Source: Octopus vulgaris
Lineage: Eukaryota
Reading direction: 5' to 3'
DNA length: 64,000 bases
Assembly: GCA_951406725.2 (NCBI GenBank)
Contig: OX597816.1
Span: 165,602,001-165,666,000, forward strand
Position 1 is the first letter of the stretch, and each line of letters opens with the position of its first letter. The notes beneath the pieces were generated by a model that was not told the origin of the DNA, ran no database searches, and saw nothing but the letters and a program-made list of their open reading frames with translations. Of this stretch, positions 13,041 through 25,849 are shown in pieces. The translations under genes and the position numbers were made by a program.

Positions 13041-13508
13041 TGGATAATTGAATTTTTTTTTTAATGTAAAGAACTGTTAAATCAATAAAATTCTGAGGCT
13101 AGTATCCAGTTTATCTATCCATTTTTAGCTCATAAGCTGAGATACGTATATCAGACCTCTTTCTTTCCTTCCTACTATAAGCCATGCATGTAAGTAGAGC
13201 CATAGTTTTGCAAAAAACATGCTTCAAATGTTTGGAGGGTATATTTTTGAGGTAAGGATGTGTATTCGCCAATTGGAGTTTGTTGATTAAAAGTTTCATG
13301 TGACACCTTGGGCAAGTGTCTTCTACTATGGCCTTGTAATTGGGTAGACGGAAATTGAGAGAAGCCTGTGGTGTGTGTCTTTGTCAAATGGTAATAGTGT
13401 TGGTGTGTTTATGTCCCTGGAACTTAGCGGTTTGGCTAAAGGAGACTGATAGACTAAGTACCAGGCTTTAAAGAAATATATATATATATATATATATTTT
13501 ATAGAAGG

Positions 13509-13559
13509 AGCTTCTACAGGACTAGAACTGTTTCATTCCGATGAAATCTTCAGGAAGCT
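13509..13559 (-). ncRNA. Type I hammerhead ribozyme motif (Penelope-like), near intact
   Basis: Minus strand: AGCUUC-CUGAAGA-U-UUC(AUCG)GAA-U-GAAA-CAG(UUCUAGUC)CUG-UA/GAAGCU. Stem I is 6 bp, stem III is A-U plus 3 bp, and the cleavage triplet is GUA. Confidence 0.75.
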
Positions 13560-13617
13560 GGCTGTCAAAATAATTTCTGGTATATATACATTTAGGCAGA
13601 TTTAATGTATATATATG

Positions 13618-13659
<42 letters not shown>

Positions 13660-13854
13660 TTTCTTTATTGGCCATGCTGGGCTAAACACTCATACATAGT
13701 CAGACAGACAGATATGGTACTGTGGTCAATTTATTCGACCAAAATTTCTTCAAAGCATTGCCCCAACATGGCCGCAGTCTACTGACAAACAAGTAAAACA
13801 TGAGAGATAAAACAGGAAGACTAAACTTCTGTACACTGTTTAAATTTGCTGTTG

Positions 13855-14000
13855 TTTAATTGGAAGAGGACTAATGGCTACTATGACTGGTAGGAGGAAG
13901 AGAGGAAATTGTCCTGGGGATAGAGAGAGATGGCTTGAATATTTAGCATCAGAGTGGACTCCATTTAGGTACCCAATGGTCAGGTGGTGATATCAAACTA
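13855..14000 (+). pseudogene. Decayed RTE/BovB-like LINE ORF C-terminal fragment
   Basis: Translates MATMTGRRKRG...RERWLE, resembling the GRRKRGRPxxRWLD end motif. Confidence 0.35.
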
Positions 14001-16929
14001 GGAAATAACATACATTATCTCTCTAATGGTGACAAAAGCACTCTGATGAATCTAGCTGAGAGAATGACTGACAGAATTATTAATTAAACACTCCATTTGT
14101 TAATTGGTTGAATGGCTAACTAGTTTAATAATAACGATGCTTCTTTATGATTTTGAAAAAAATACAAGCAATTTTGAGAGGAGGGGGGGAAGTTGATTAC
14201 ATGGACTCCAGGATTCCGCCAGTGCTTTATTTTATCAGCCTACGACAAAGATGAAAGTTAATGCCGACCTCAGCAACATTTGAACTCAGAATGTAAGGAG
14301 CCAAAGAAATGTTAATCTGCACTAACAATTCTGTCAGCTCACCACCATAATAATAATAATAATAATGGTTTCAAATTTTGCCACAAGGGCAGCCATTTTG
14401 TGGAGAGGGGATGAGTCGATTACATCGACCCCAGTGTTCAACTAGTACTTATGTTATCGACCCCCAAAAGGATGAAAGGTGAAGTCGACCTCTGTGAAAA
14501 TTGTACTCAGAACATAGCAACAGGCATAATACTGTTAAGCATTTCATCCAGCGTGCTAACGATTCTACCAGCTCCTTTCTACTAAATTTGGGGGAAGAGG
14601 GCGAGTCGATTTAATTGACCCCAGTGCATAACTGGTACTTATATAATCAACTTCAAAAGGATGAAAGGCAAAGTCAACCCTAGAGGAATATGAACTCAGA
14701 ATGTATGTGTATGTACATATATGTGTGTGAGTGTGTTTATGGTTTTTGTTTGCCTCCCAACAAAAAAACACAAGTTATGGGGAACATAAACAAACCAATG
14801 CTGGTTTGTTTACATTCCCATAAGGTAACAGTCTGGTAAAAAAAAAAAGATTGACAAAACAAGTACCAGGTTTAAGGAAAAAAGTCCTGGGGTTAATATG
14901 TTCAACTAAACCTTTTGAGGGTGAGCACCAGCCAAGCTACCCTCTAATAAGAACAAAAGGAGACTATCAGTTGCTTTTGTTTTTACTTTTATTTGTTTGT
15001 CATTTGACTATGGGGTCATGCTGGAGCACCACCTTTCAGTCGAACAAATCGACCCCAAGACTTATTCTTTGTAAGCCTAGTACTTATTCTATCGGAGTCT
15101 TTTGCTGAACCACTAAGTTACCAGCATTGGTTGTCAAGCAATGGGGGGGGGGGAGGGAAACACAGACACACAAACATACATGCACATACATACATATATA
15201 TATATATACACATAACAGGCTTCTTTCAGTTTCCGTCTACCAAATCCACTCAAGGCTTTGGTTGGCCTGAGGCTATAGCAGAAGACACTTGCCCAAGGTG
15301 CCATGCAGTGGGACTGAACCTGGAACCACACAGCCACTCCTGCGCCTATGTTTGTTACATATTAATTTCAATAACTGAACATTCTGTAGCCATTGTTGTC
15401 GTCGTTGTTCAACCCTGGGTCATTTCAGTAGACAGGTAATCAAAAACACACCAGACGTGATCATCCCAACATCATCATTATTTAACATCCGCTTTCCATG
15501 CTGGCATGGGTTGGACGGTCTGACTGAGGACAGGCAAGCCAGGAGGCTGTACCGGGCTCCAATCTGATCTGGCAATGTTTCTACAGCTGGATGCCCTTCC
15601 TAATGCCAACCATTCTAAGAGTGTAGTGGGTGCTTTTTACGTGCCACTGGGACGGGGGCCAGTCAGGCAGCACTGGCATTGACCCGCACATTTATTCAAA
15701 CAATCAGTATACTTGAAACTACATAATCCAATGACTCCTGCTATTTTTCAAGACAGCCTGGCATGAACTGAGGGAGATTAAGCTGCTACTTCTAGCAGAC
15801 CATGCAACAATATAGAGACTCTTTCATTGGTCCAGTACAGATAATGTAGGCTTTCCTGATATGGCATGCAGAAAACACCAAGTATGCTTAGGATATAAGG
15901 TAGTTTCAGGTTTAGTACCAGCAACCAGCATTAAACAATTCTTGCATCCACTTGAATGAAATGCCAACTTTCTATGTGAGTGAATCTATTTTAAATTCTT
16001 CATAATGTCAGTAAATATAATAGGCTCCGCCTGTTAAAATGCCGTCCAAATCAGTGCATACAGAACTACTTCAGCAATTATTCACGGATAGTAATTCCTA
16101 GGCTTGGCTGTGTAGTTCACAAGTTTGTATCCTAGCCATGTGGCTGCAGGTTCTAGCTCCACAGCATGACATCCTGACCAGAGTCTTAGCTGCAATGGCT
16201 GCAGGCCAAACAAAGACTTGTGAGTGGATTTAGTAGACAGACATGTATTGTGTGTGTATGTGTGTGTACACATACACACACACATCTATATACGCAGGTA
16301 TATGTGGCTTTATAGTAAGCGTATAGCCTTGGGCTGACTGAAGTCGTTAGATTTGGTAGATGGAAACTGAAAGAAGCCTGTTGTATATATGTGTCTCCCC
16401 GACCAATGCCTGACAACTGGTGTTGATGTGTTTATGTCCCTATAACTTAGTACTTTACAGAGTGTACTGGGTGCTTTTTACATGGCACCAGCACCAACAG
16501 GGTTAAGTACCTTACAATACATACATATATGTAGAAATAAATGTGTGTGTGTACCCTTGTTTTAACATCATGTAATGATAGTCAACAACCATCATCAATG
16601 GACAAGCAATTTTGCTCCTTTCAAAGTCTTCCAAAGAAAACATGTCTGGCCACAGGGAAATATAACCTTGCTTATAAACGGGTGAAGACATCCAGCCATA
16701 GAAAATCTGCCTCAACAAAATACACATGGCCCAATAAAAGCATGAAAAAAATAGACATTAAAATGATGATAAAGATATATGTTCCCATAACTTAGCAGTT
16801 CAGCAAAAAAGACTGATAGAATAAGTACTAGGATTACAAAGAATAAGTCCTGGAGTTGATTTTCTTGACTAAATGCAGTGCTCCAACATTGCCACAGTCA
16901 AATGACCGAAACAAGTAAAAGAATATATA

Positions 16930-17165
16930 TTCTTTTTCTTTATTGCCCACAAGCGGCTAAAAATAGAGTGGACAAACAAGGACAGACAATGGGATTAAGT
17001 CGATTACATCGATCCCCAGTGCATAACTGGTACTTAATTTATCAACCCCGAAAGGATTAAAGGCAAAGTCGATCTCGGCGGAATTTGAACTCAGAAAGTA
17101 ACAGCAGATGAAATATCGCTAAGCATTTTGCCCGGCATGTTAACGTTTCTGCCAGCTCGCCGCCT
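16930..17165 (-). mobile_element. SINE family B
   Basis: Reverse copy of 12116-12345. Confidence 0.88.
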
Positions 17166-17199
17166 AAGAATATAGACAGATAGATAGATAGATAGAGAG

Positions 17200-17397
17200 A
17201 GAGTTCATGAAAAAAACAAAAGACGAAGACAGGTGGTGTACAAAACAAACAGATGTATTAGTATAACGCTTAGGAATAGAAAAAGTCTTTTATGTTTCAA
17301 GCCTACGCTCTTCTACAGAAAGGGACACAGAAAAAACAAGGAGAGAAAAAAATGTGTGTAGTGGCTACCGATCTATCATGGCGACTGCTGGACAGAA
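17200..17397 (-). mobile_element. Microsatellite-embedded Penelope-like short repeat
   Basis: Inverted homologue of 46384-46590; GAAGAGCGTAGGCT(T/C)GAAAC hammerhead-like core; flanked by (GATA)n. Confidence 0.5.
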
Positions 17398-18842
17398 GAT
17401 AGATAGATAGATACATACATACATACATACATGCACATGCTTTGTGCATTTGTTTACAAATTCATTTTGCAGTCATTTCTCCAGCCAACAAGTCATCCAT
17501 AAGAGATCCCTCACTTCTAAAACAGATAAGAGTTAGTGATTGGAAGAGCATCAAGATGTCCAGCAGTAAAACAATACTCCAATAATATATTTATCTAACC
17601 CATGCCAGCACGGAGAAAGCAGATGTAAAAAATGAACAAATGAAATTAACAAGATAAACAAAATATCAACAACCTATTTCTTTAATTCCATTCCACCCAA
17701 ACTCACAGCTACAGTGCTAATAGTGTGTTGCGTTTCCTGTGTATGAATTCTGCAATACTCGAGGAAAAAAATTTCCATTTACATGGTTAGTTGACCCTGG
17801 CAACTCTTGAACTTCTAGTGGCATTACCAGCTTGGAATAAGAATAACGTTAGGTCAAAGAGATCTGAGGCTTAAATTCAGTCGAAAGCATTTCCACACAT
17901 CAGATTATCTCCAGTTCACTAAATACACATTAAGCTTAATTAAGCTAGGAGATCATTAGATGCTGAAAACAGTAACACCAAGCATCAAACGCACTCACAC
18001 AAACATATTTATATTCACAAATATACATACAAACACAAAAATATATACATAATATATACACACAAATATATGGAACCATTTTCTGTATTCCATACAAAAA
18101 GCTCTCATCAAATAAGAGCATATTGGAGGAGAAAGTGAGAAAGAGAGAGGGTAGATGAAAGTAATAGAAAAATAAATAGAGAAAATGAAATGAAAAACCA
18201 TGCAGTTAAAATACTGCTGCACTGGGTATCCAAATGGGTAGATTATTTAACAACATTTTTAAACATGAAATTTAAGTTATAATGTTGACTTGTTAACATT
18301 CAAAAGTATATTTTGTACTGCTAAACCTCAGTTATTTTATGAAACATAATTATTCATAAAACATAATATTTTAAAATTGCCAAATTTAATAACATCTAAT
18401 AAGATCTACAGACACACAACTCTTCCCGCAATCTTGGATATAAGGGTGGTTTCAAATTTTGACACAACGCCAGTAATTTCACAGGAATGGGTAAGTCAAT
18501 CACATCAACCCCAGAGCTCATCTGACATTTATTTTATCAAGCTAGAAAGGATGAAAGGCAAACACAGCCTCGGCGGAATTTGAACTGAGAACATAAAACC
18601 AGACGAAATACCACTAAGCAGTTTGCCCGGCATACCAACGATTCTGTTGGCTTACTGCCTTCAGACAGAAAGTATTAAAATCAAAATTTAGTGCATTTAA
18701 AGTGCTTCAGTGCTTAAGTCTATTTCACAACTGACTCAGGTTCAGTCACACTGTCTGGCACCTTGGACAAGTGTTTTCTACCGATCAAAGCCTTGTAAAT
18801 GGATTTGGTAAACAAAAGCTAAAAAAAAGCCCAACATGTTAC

Positions 18843-19014
18843 AGGCGTCGGAGTGGCTGTGTGGTAAGTAGCTTGCTTACCAACCACATGGTTCCGGGTT
18901 CAGTTCCACTGTGTGGCACCTTGGGCAAGTGTCTTCTACTATAGCCTCGAGCCGACCAAAGCCTTGTGAGTGGATTTGGTAGACGGAAACTGAAAGAAGC
19001 CCGTCGTATATATG

Positions 19015-19047
<33 letters not shown>

Positions 19048-19248
19048 ATATATATGTGTGTGTATCTCTACCATCGCTTGACAACTGATGCTGATGTGTT
19101 TATGAGTCCCTGTAACTTAGCGGTTTGGCAAAAGAGACCAAGAGAATAAGTACTCGGCTTACAAAGAATAAGTCCTGGGGTTGATTTGCTTGACTAAAGG
19201 CGGTGCTCCAGCATGGCCACAGTCAAATGACTGAAACAAGTAAAAGAG
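18843..19248 (+). mobile_element. SINE family A, intact reference copy
   Basis: tRNA-like head (TGGCTGTGTGG A-box, GGTTCAGTTCC B-box), CCTTGGGCAAGT CORE-like motif, internal (TA)/(TG) microsatellite, 3' GAAACAAGTAAAAGAG. Many other copies or fragments occur in the window. Confidence 0.9.
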
Positions 19249-20190
19249 ATATGTGTGTGTGTGTGTGTCCTACAACCGCTGGTGTTGGTGTGTTTATGTC
19301 CCTGTAACTTTGCAGTTTTGCAAAAGAGGGCAATAGAATAAGTATCAGGTGAGAAAAAATAAATGTATTGAGGTCAATTCGTTCAACTTATTCAGGGTGT
19401 TGCCTCAGTAGGTCCGCAGTCTAGTGACTGAAACCGGTAAACAAATAAAAGGATTCAAATATGCTCAAGCAGTTGAATGTGGCTGGTTTCATTAGTCGTG
19501 TAGTTACACATTAAATGCAAATAATAAACAAAAGTACTTTCCAGAAGAATGGTTCCCCACCCAAACAACTGCTTTCAGAAGGCCACACATTAATCCTTCT
19601 GAAGGCTGCCGGTTCCACTCCTGTGAATTGACAGGCAACAGTGGCTTATGTCATAGTAACAATGCAATGATTTGTTCAAATAACCCAATCAAAATTGTTA
19701 TACACAACCGGATAGCATTTATGTTTCATATACTTCCTCTTCAAGTGTCTAATCAATGGATATCTTAAATCAGCAGTGTCACCAATATAAAGAAAAGTTC
19801 TTAATTTGAATGGGTACAAGCATGAGTGGGTGGTAAAAAGCTTGCTTCCCACCTACATGGTTCCGGGTTCAGTATCTTGGGAAAATGTCCTCTACTATAG
19901 CCTTGGGTAGATTTGGTAGATGGAAATTGAAAAAAAGCCAGTCATATTATCATCATTGTTTAACATGTTTTCCATGCTGGCATAGGTTGGGCGGTTTGAC
20001 TGAGGACTGGCAAGTCAGTAGGCTTGCACCAGGCTCCAATCTGATCTGGCAATGTTGCTACAGTGGGATGCTCTTCCTAATGTCAACCACTCCGAGATTG
20101 TAGCGCATGCTTTTAATGTGCCACTGGCACAGGAGCCAGTCAGGTGCCACTGTTATTGACCACATTCGGATGGTGCTTTTACGTGACACT

Positions 20191-20231
<41 letters not shown>

Positions 20232-20234
<3 letters not shown>

Positions 20235-20510
20235 TGCCAGCCTCGTCTGGCACCTGTGTCGGTGGCACATAAAAAACACCATTCGAGCGTGACCGTCTGC
20301 CAGCCTCGTCTGGCACCTGTGTCGGTGGCACATAAAATCACCCACTACACTCTCGGAGTGGTTGGCGTTAGGAAGGGCATCCAGCTATAGAAACACTGCC
20401 AGATCTGACTGGCCTGGTGCAGCCTTCGGGCTTGCCAGACCCCAGTTGAACCGTCCAACCCATGCTAGCATGGAAAGCAGACGTTAAACGATGATGATGA
20501 TGATGATGAT
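20232..20510 (+). mobile_element. RTE-tail repeat family C, young copy with tandem 5' duplication
   Basis: TCTGCCAGCCTCGTCTGGCACCTGTGTCGGTGGCACATAAAA occurs twice; (GAT)n tail; flanked by (TA)n. Confidence 0.85.
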
Positions 20511-20518
20511 ATATATAT

Positions 20519-20658
20519 ATATCAAACTAAAATCATTGAACAAGCAAATACAAGGTCAACCGCATGTCATTTCATTTCATATTAAACCTTTTTTTGTTAT
20601 TATGAAATGACATGCGGTTGACCTTGTATTTGCTTGTTCAATGATTTTAGTTTGATAT
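20519..20658. repeat. Perfect 57-bp inverted repeat with 26-nt spacer
   Basis: 20519-20575 is the exact reverse complement of 20602-20658. Confidence 0.95.
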
Positions 20659-20731
20659 TTTTGTCTCTTCCAATAGAGCACTTCTATTGCAGTCCTATTA
20701 AACCTTTTTTTGTTCCTGACAAGAAACAATT

Positions 20732-20762
<31 letters not shown>

Positions 20763-20868
20763 TCTATATTCTACATTATTATTATAAATATAAATAAAAC
20801 ATAAAAAACAGAGTTGGAATTTCTTTGAATAATATATATCCCTCTACAAACAATCATAAAAACCCCTT

Positions 20869-20915
<47 letters not shown>

Positions 20916-21986
20916 TATATATATCATTGCTATTATGCAAATGTGTCAAGTCCAAAACGCTGCTTTTTCACCATCCCATTTCTTTATACATTAGCAATAC
21001 TTTCCACTTAACAATAATACTTTTTTGTGTGCAAAAGATCGTAACTCTATGCATGTATGATATTTTCAGTCAGAAATATTTTTGCAAAACTGTCATATGC
21101 AGAACTTACTCCACTTTTGAAAAGTGCTAAACTGTTGTATGACACTTTGACAATTTTCATCTGGAGCAGCTGGCGATACAATAAGTTTGACCAAAAGAGC
21201 CAGCTTTTGACCAAATTTGGACATACAACAATTTAAGATAATAGCAATGATATATATTTGTGTGTGTGTGTGTTTGTGCCCCACCACTGCTTCACAACTG
21301 ATGTTGGTATATTTATGTCCCTGTAACTAACTAGTTCTGAAGAAGACACCAACAGAATAAGTACAAAGTGTAACAAAATAAGAACTTCAAATTGTTAGAC
21401 AAAAAAATTCAAAGCAATGATTCAGCATGGCTACAGTCTAGTGACTGAAACAGGGTAAGAGGCACACAAACATGTTATATAGGCTGTGGTAAAAACCAAA
21501 CCTCCCTGCTTCACCAATTTTGATAAATGTTTCAATAGAAAGTGAACCGTGTAGGTGCAGAAGTGGCAGTGTGGCAGGGAAATTGCTTCCAAGCCACAAG
21601 GTTCTGGGTTCAGTTCCACTGCATGGAACCTTGGGCAAGTGTCTTCTACTATAGCCTCAGGCCAACCAAAACCTTGTGAGTGGATTTAGTAGAGGGAAAC
21701 TGAAAGAAGCCCAAAAACCTTGTGAGTGGATTTGGTAGAGGGAAACTGAAAGAAGTCCATCATGTGTGTGTGTGTATATGTATGCATGTATATACTTGTG
21801 TCTGTGCTTGTCTCCCCCACCACCACCACCACCACTACCACCACCACTTGACAACCAATGTTGATGTATTTACGTCCCCATAACTTGGCGGTTCAGCAAA
21901 ACAGACCAATAAAATAATTAACCAGGCTTACAAAGAATAAGTCTTGGGGGTTGATTTGTTCAACTAAAGGCAATATGCCTTTATGC

Positions 21987-22032
<46 letters not shown>

Positions 22033-22439
22033 CTGGGAAACAATGCCAAGTATTTTGTTCGACGCACCAACTGCCCCCGCTGGCACCCAACCTAATTACA
22101 ACAGGAGACAACGGTTGTTCAGAAGATTCAAATCAACTAAGTTTGTAGGACATGTTGGGGCGTGATTATTACTTTATAGCAAAAGTAGACAGTAAAAGAC
22201 AATCAAAATAATTTGGAATATGTGACAGCATCGTTGTCACAGATATTTCCTTAATTTATTATTTGTACTTAATAGTGTACTAAGAAGGATTGTTCTATTA
22301 CTAGCTTGTTTTTATTTAATCCGCTAGATAAATAGCAGAAGATAGGTTTTCGTGTTCTTGTTGTTATGTTTTTGGCTGATAAATATTTCTTGTAATGAAA
22401 AGAAAATAATAATAATGATAATAATAATAATAAATGAAT

Positions 22440-23030
22440 GAAAAGAATGAGATATAGAAAATAGAAAAAGGTAAAAAGGAAAGAAAAGACGAAAGAAGGA
22501 AAGAAGGAAAGGTAAGAAAAGAAGGAAAGGAAAGGAAAGAAAAGAAGGAAAGGAAAGGAAAGAAAAGAAGGAAAGGAAAGGAAAGAAAAGAAGGAAAGGA
22601 AAGGAAAGAAAAGAAGGAAAGGAAAGGAAAGAAAAGGAAAGAAAGGACGAAAATAGGAAAGGAAAGAAAGGACGAAAAAAGGAAAGGAAAGAAATGACGA
22701 AAAAGGAAAGGAAAGAAAGGACGAAAAAAGGAAAGGAAAGAAAGGAAAGACGGAAAGGACGAAAAAAGGAAAGGAAAGAAAGGACGAAAAAGGAACGAAA
22801 AAAGAACGAAGGAAAGAAAGGATGACAAAGAACGAAAGAAAGAAAGAAAAGGACGAAGGAAGGAAAGAAAGAACACAGAAAAGAAGGAAAGAAAGAAAGA
22901 ACACAGAAAGGAAGGAAAAAGAAAGAAAGAGAAAAGATAACAGGAAGAAGGAAAGAGAGGTAAAGAAAGAACGAACAAGAAAACTAGAAGCCAAAAAACA
23001 AAAAAAAAAAAGGAAAAGGGAAAGAAAGAG
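22440..23030 (+). repeat. Polypurine (GAAA/GGAAA) tract
   Basis: About 590 nt, nearly all A/G, with a ~23-bp higher-order unit in 22520-22640. Confidence 0.95.
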
Positions 23031-23199
23031 AAGCCAAGCTAACTCTGTAGACGTCAAGCACCAACAACATTGCTGGAAATGGAATCTAGAAATTACAGCT
23101 GAAGTGGTGGCTGAACCTTAATTAGTGAGAACAGTAATGATAAATAAAATAATAATAATATTAATAAATACTGATGATTAGTAACAAGAGAGAAAATAC

Positions 23200-23950
23200 T
23201 AAATAGAAGTGACGTGGGCTCGAAAATCAGAAATCAGCCTTAGGTCAGGCAGCAGCTAAGCTAAGGCTCTAGTCTAGGTTGTTAGTATTTGTATAATTAA
23301 CGTTAGTACTGGTATAACTACTAAGCAGATTTTAACTGCCGAAATAACAATGGATTTAAAACTCGGGGAGAAAACATTTCCAAGGCGACGTGTTCGGGGA
23401 AAATGACATGGAAACGAGAACCGCATCCAGTTAAGTGCGATTTTTTTTTTTTTGTCCCCTTTTTTTAATGTTGGCTTTCGTGTTTTGGGAAAATAATTGT
23501 GTATTTTATTTTGTTCCGTTTCTGTTTTTACTAAAAAAAAAAACCAAAGGACGGGATGTTGTGGGTGTCATGATGTTCTTAACGGCCTTTATAACAACCA
23601 ACACCAGTGTTTGTGCGTCGGGGGATTTTTTTACCCCAGAAGCGAAACTTACTTAACCGGGTTCTAAGTTCAATCCATCGATATCCGCTACGTTTAAAAA
23701 AGAAAAAAAAACGACACGGATCTCCTTGAGCTCCTGGGCACAAGACTATAATTCCCTGGCGACGTGAAGAAAGAAAGGGATCTCGGATGATTTGTCATTC
23801 ATGCCCTTCACAAGATCATTATCTTACAAAAACAGTGAAATAAAATAATCAGGGGAGGAGAGGAACATATTCATAGGGAAAGCAGAAAGCAAGATGTAGT
23901 TATTCAAAGGAAGAAAAACAGGTAGGGGTGCTGACGGGGGGTGGGGAAGG
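23200..23950. promoter_or_regulatory. Candidate (bidirectional) promoter
   Basis: CpG-rich unique DNA with ACTATAATTCCC (23745-23756, ZNF143/THAP11 M4-like), CATCGATA (23676-23683, DRE-like) and TGACGT (~23210). Divergent donors: GTAAGT on minus (23647-23652) and CAG/GTAGGG on plus (23921/23922). Confidence 0.45.
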
Positions 23951-24324
23951 ACCTGGAGATTACAACTCATTAAGCTGGCTATCGAAATGAATCAGAAATA
24001 TTGACAGGAATAATCAAATTAAAAACCGTAATTAAGATAAGCTTTCTATGTCTGTTAGTAGTCGTTTAGCTTAATCGAGTCGCCAGCAACAGTTCGTTCT
24101 GTTTGATGTGTGGTGTGTGTGTGTGTGTGTGTGCACGTGTAAGTATATATACACATATATACACACATATGTAGGAAGGGATGTCAATATTTGTTGATAT
24201 GTGTGCATACAAATGTGGGTGTATCTGTGTGTGTGTTGAGAGAGAGAGAGAAATAGGATAGAGATGGATGTATATGTGCGTGTGTGTGTATATATATAGA
24301 GATAGATAAATAGATAGATAGATA

Positions 24325-24621
24325 GATACTACTTAAGAAGAGTGGTCTCGGAGCGCGCACTCGCGTACTCGCGCATCCGCGCTAGCTAGTCGTGACTAGT
24401 CGATCCTAAAACGACTACCTAGCAAAGTAAATAAAATACAAAATATTTTTTTTTCACACAAAGTAAATAATTTTTGTTAAACAAAGTAAATAAAACACAA
24501 AAACACAAAGTAAATAATTTTTTAAACAAATTAAATTAAAACACAAAGGATCGACTAGTCACGTCTAGCTAGCGCGGATGAGCGAGTGCGCGCACCGGGA
24601 CCACTCTTCTTAAGTAATACC
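24325..24621. mobile_element. Merlin-like MITE, second copy
   Basis: Same TIRs and internal repeats as 8426-8706; inserted in a microsatellite. Confidence 0.85.
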
Positions 24622-24954
24622 ATATATATATATATATATATGTGTGTGTCTGTGTGTTTATTCATGTGTGTATGTTTGTGTGGTTAGAAGTTAGCTGCAA
24701 ACTATAACCGAACCAGAAGCAACAGAAAACATACGGTGACATTTGCAGTTCGATATAAAAAAAAAATTTTAACTTGACAAATGAATGACAATAACAGTTA
24801 ATCCCTGAACTCTGAATTACCACCACTCAGGAATAAAACAACAGAATAACAGAATATTAAAACGAATGAGAATAATAGAACTTATTTTTGGCAAGTTAGA
24901 CACTAGCAAGTGCGATGTGCAGACCTACTTCTAAATGTTAAGATACGGATCTTT

Positions 24955-25390
<436 letters not shown>

Positions 25391-25849
25391 ACGCGCACGT
25401 GAGTGAGAGAGAAAAAGTACTCAACGCATATAGTAGAGTATATTCGCTGATTAATTGTCATTACTCCAAGTTCTCCCCCCACACACACACACATCTCACA
25501 TGTGCATTAGTTCGGGTAGCCGGGGTGGGTAGGTTCCTTGGAACAAACAGAAGGAATAAGAGATATAAGTTAAAGGGGGTACACACACACACGTTATATA
25601 ATATTTTTATCAGGGCTGCAAAGTTTCATTGCACTTCTATATACATGCGTCTACGTACACCTGAACGCATGTATGTGTGTGTGTATCTGTGTATACATAA
25701 CATATATAGACAAAGTACATACAGATTTAAATATACACACACAAAGATTTTGTGTTTTGAATCACTCATGTAATCTTACACCCTGATAAAGAATATTTCG
25801 TTATTGTATTTGGTTTGCGAGATTCTCAGTGCGGTCCTGTCTTGCTTCT

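Noticed and set aside
22269-23057. 262-aa F/S/L-rich ORF resembling a membrane protein
   Set aside because: Translation of the polypurine/polypyrimidine tract.
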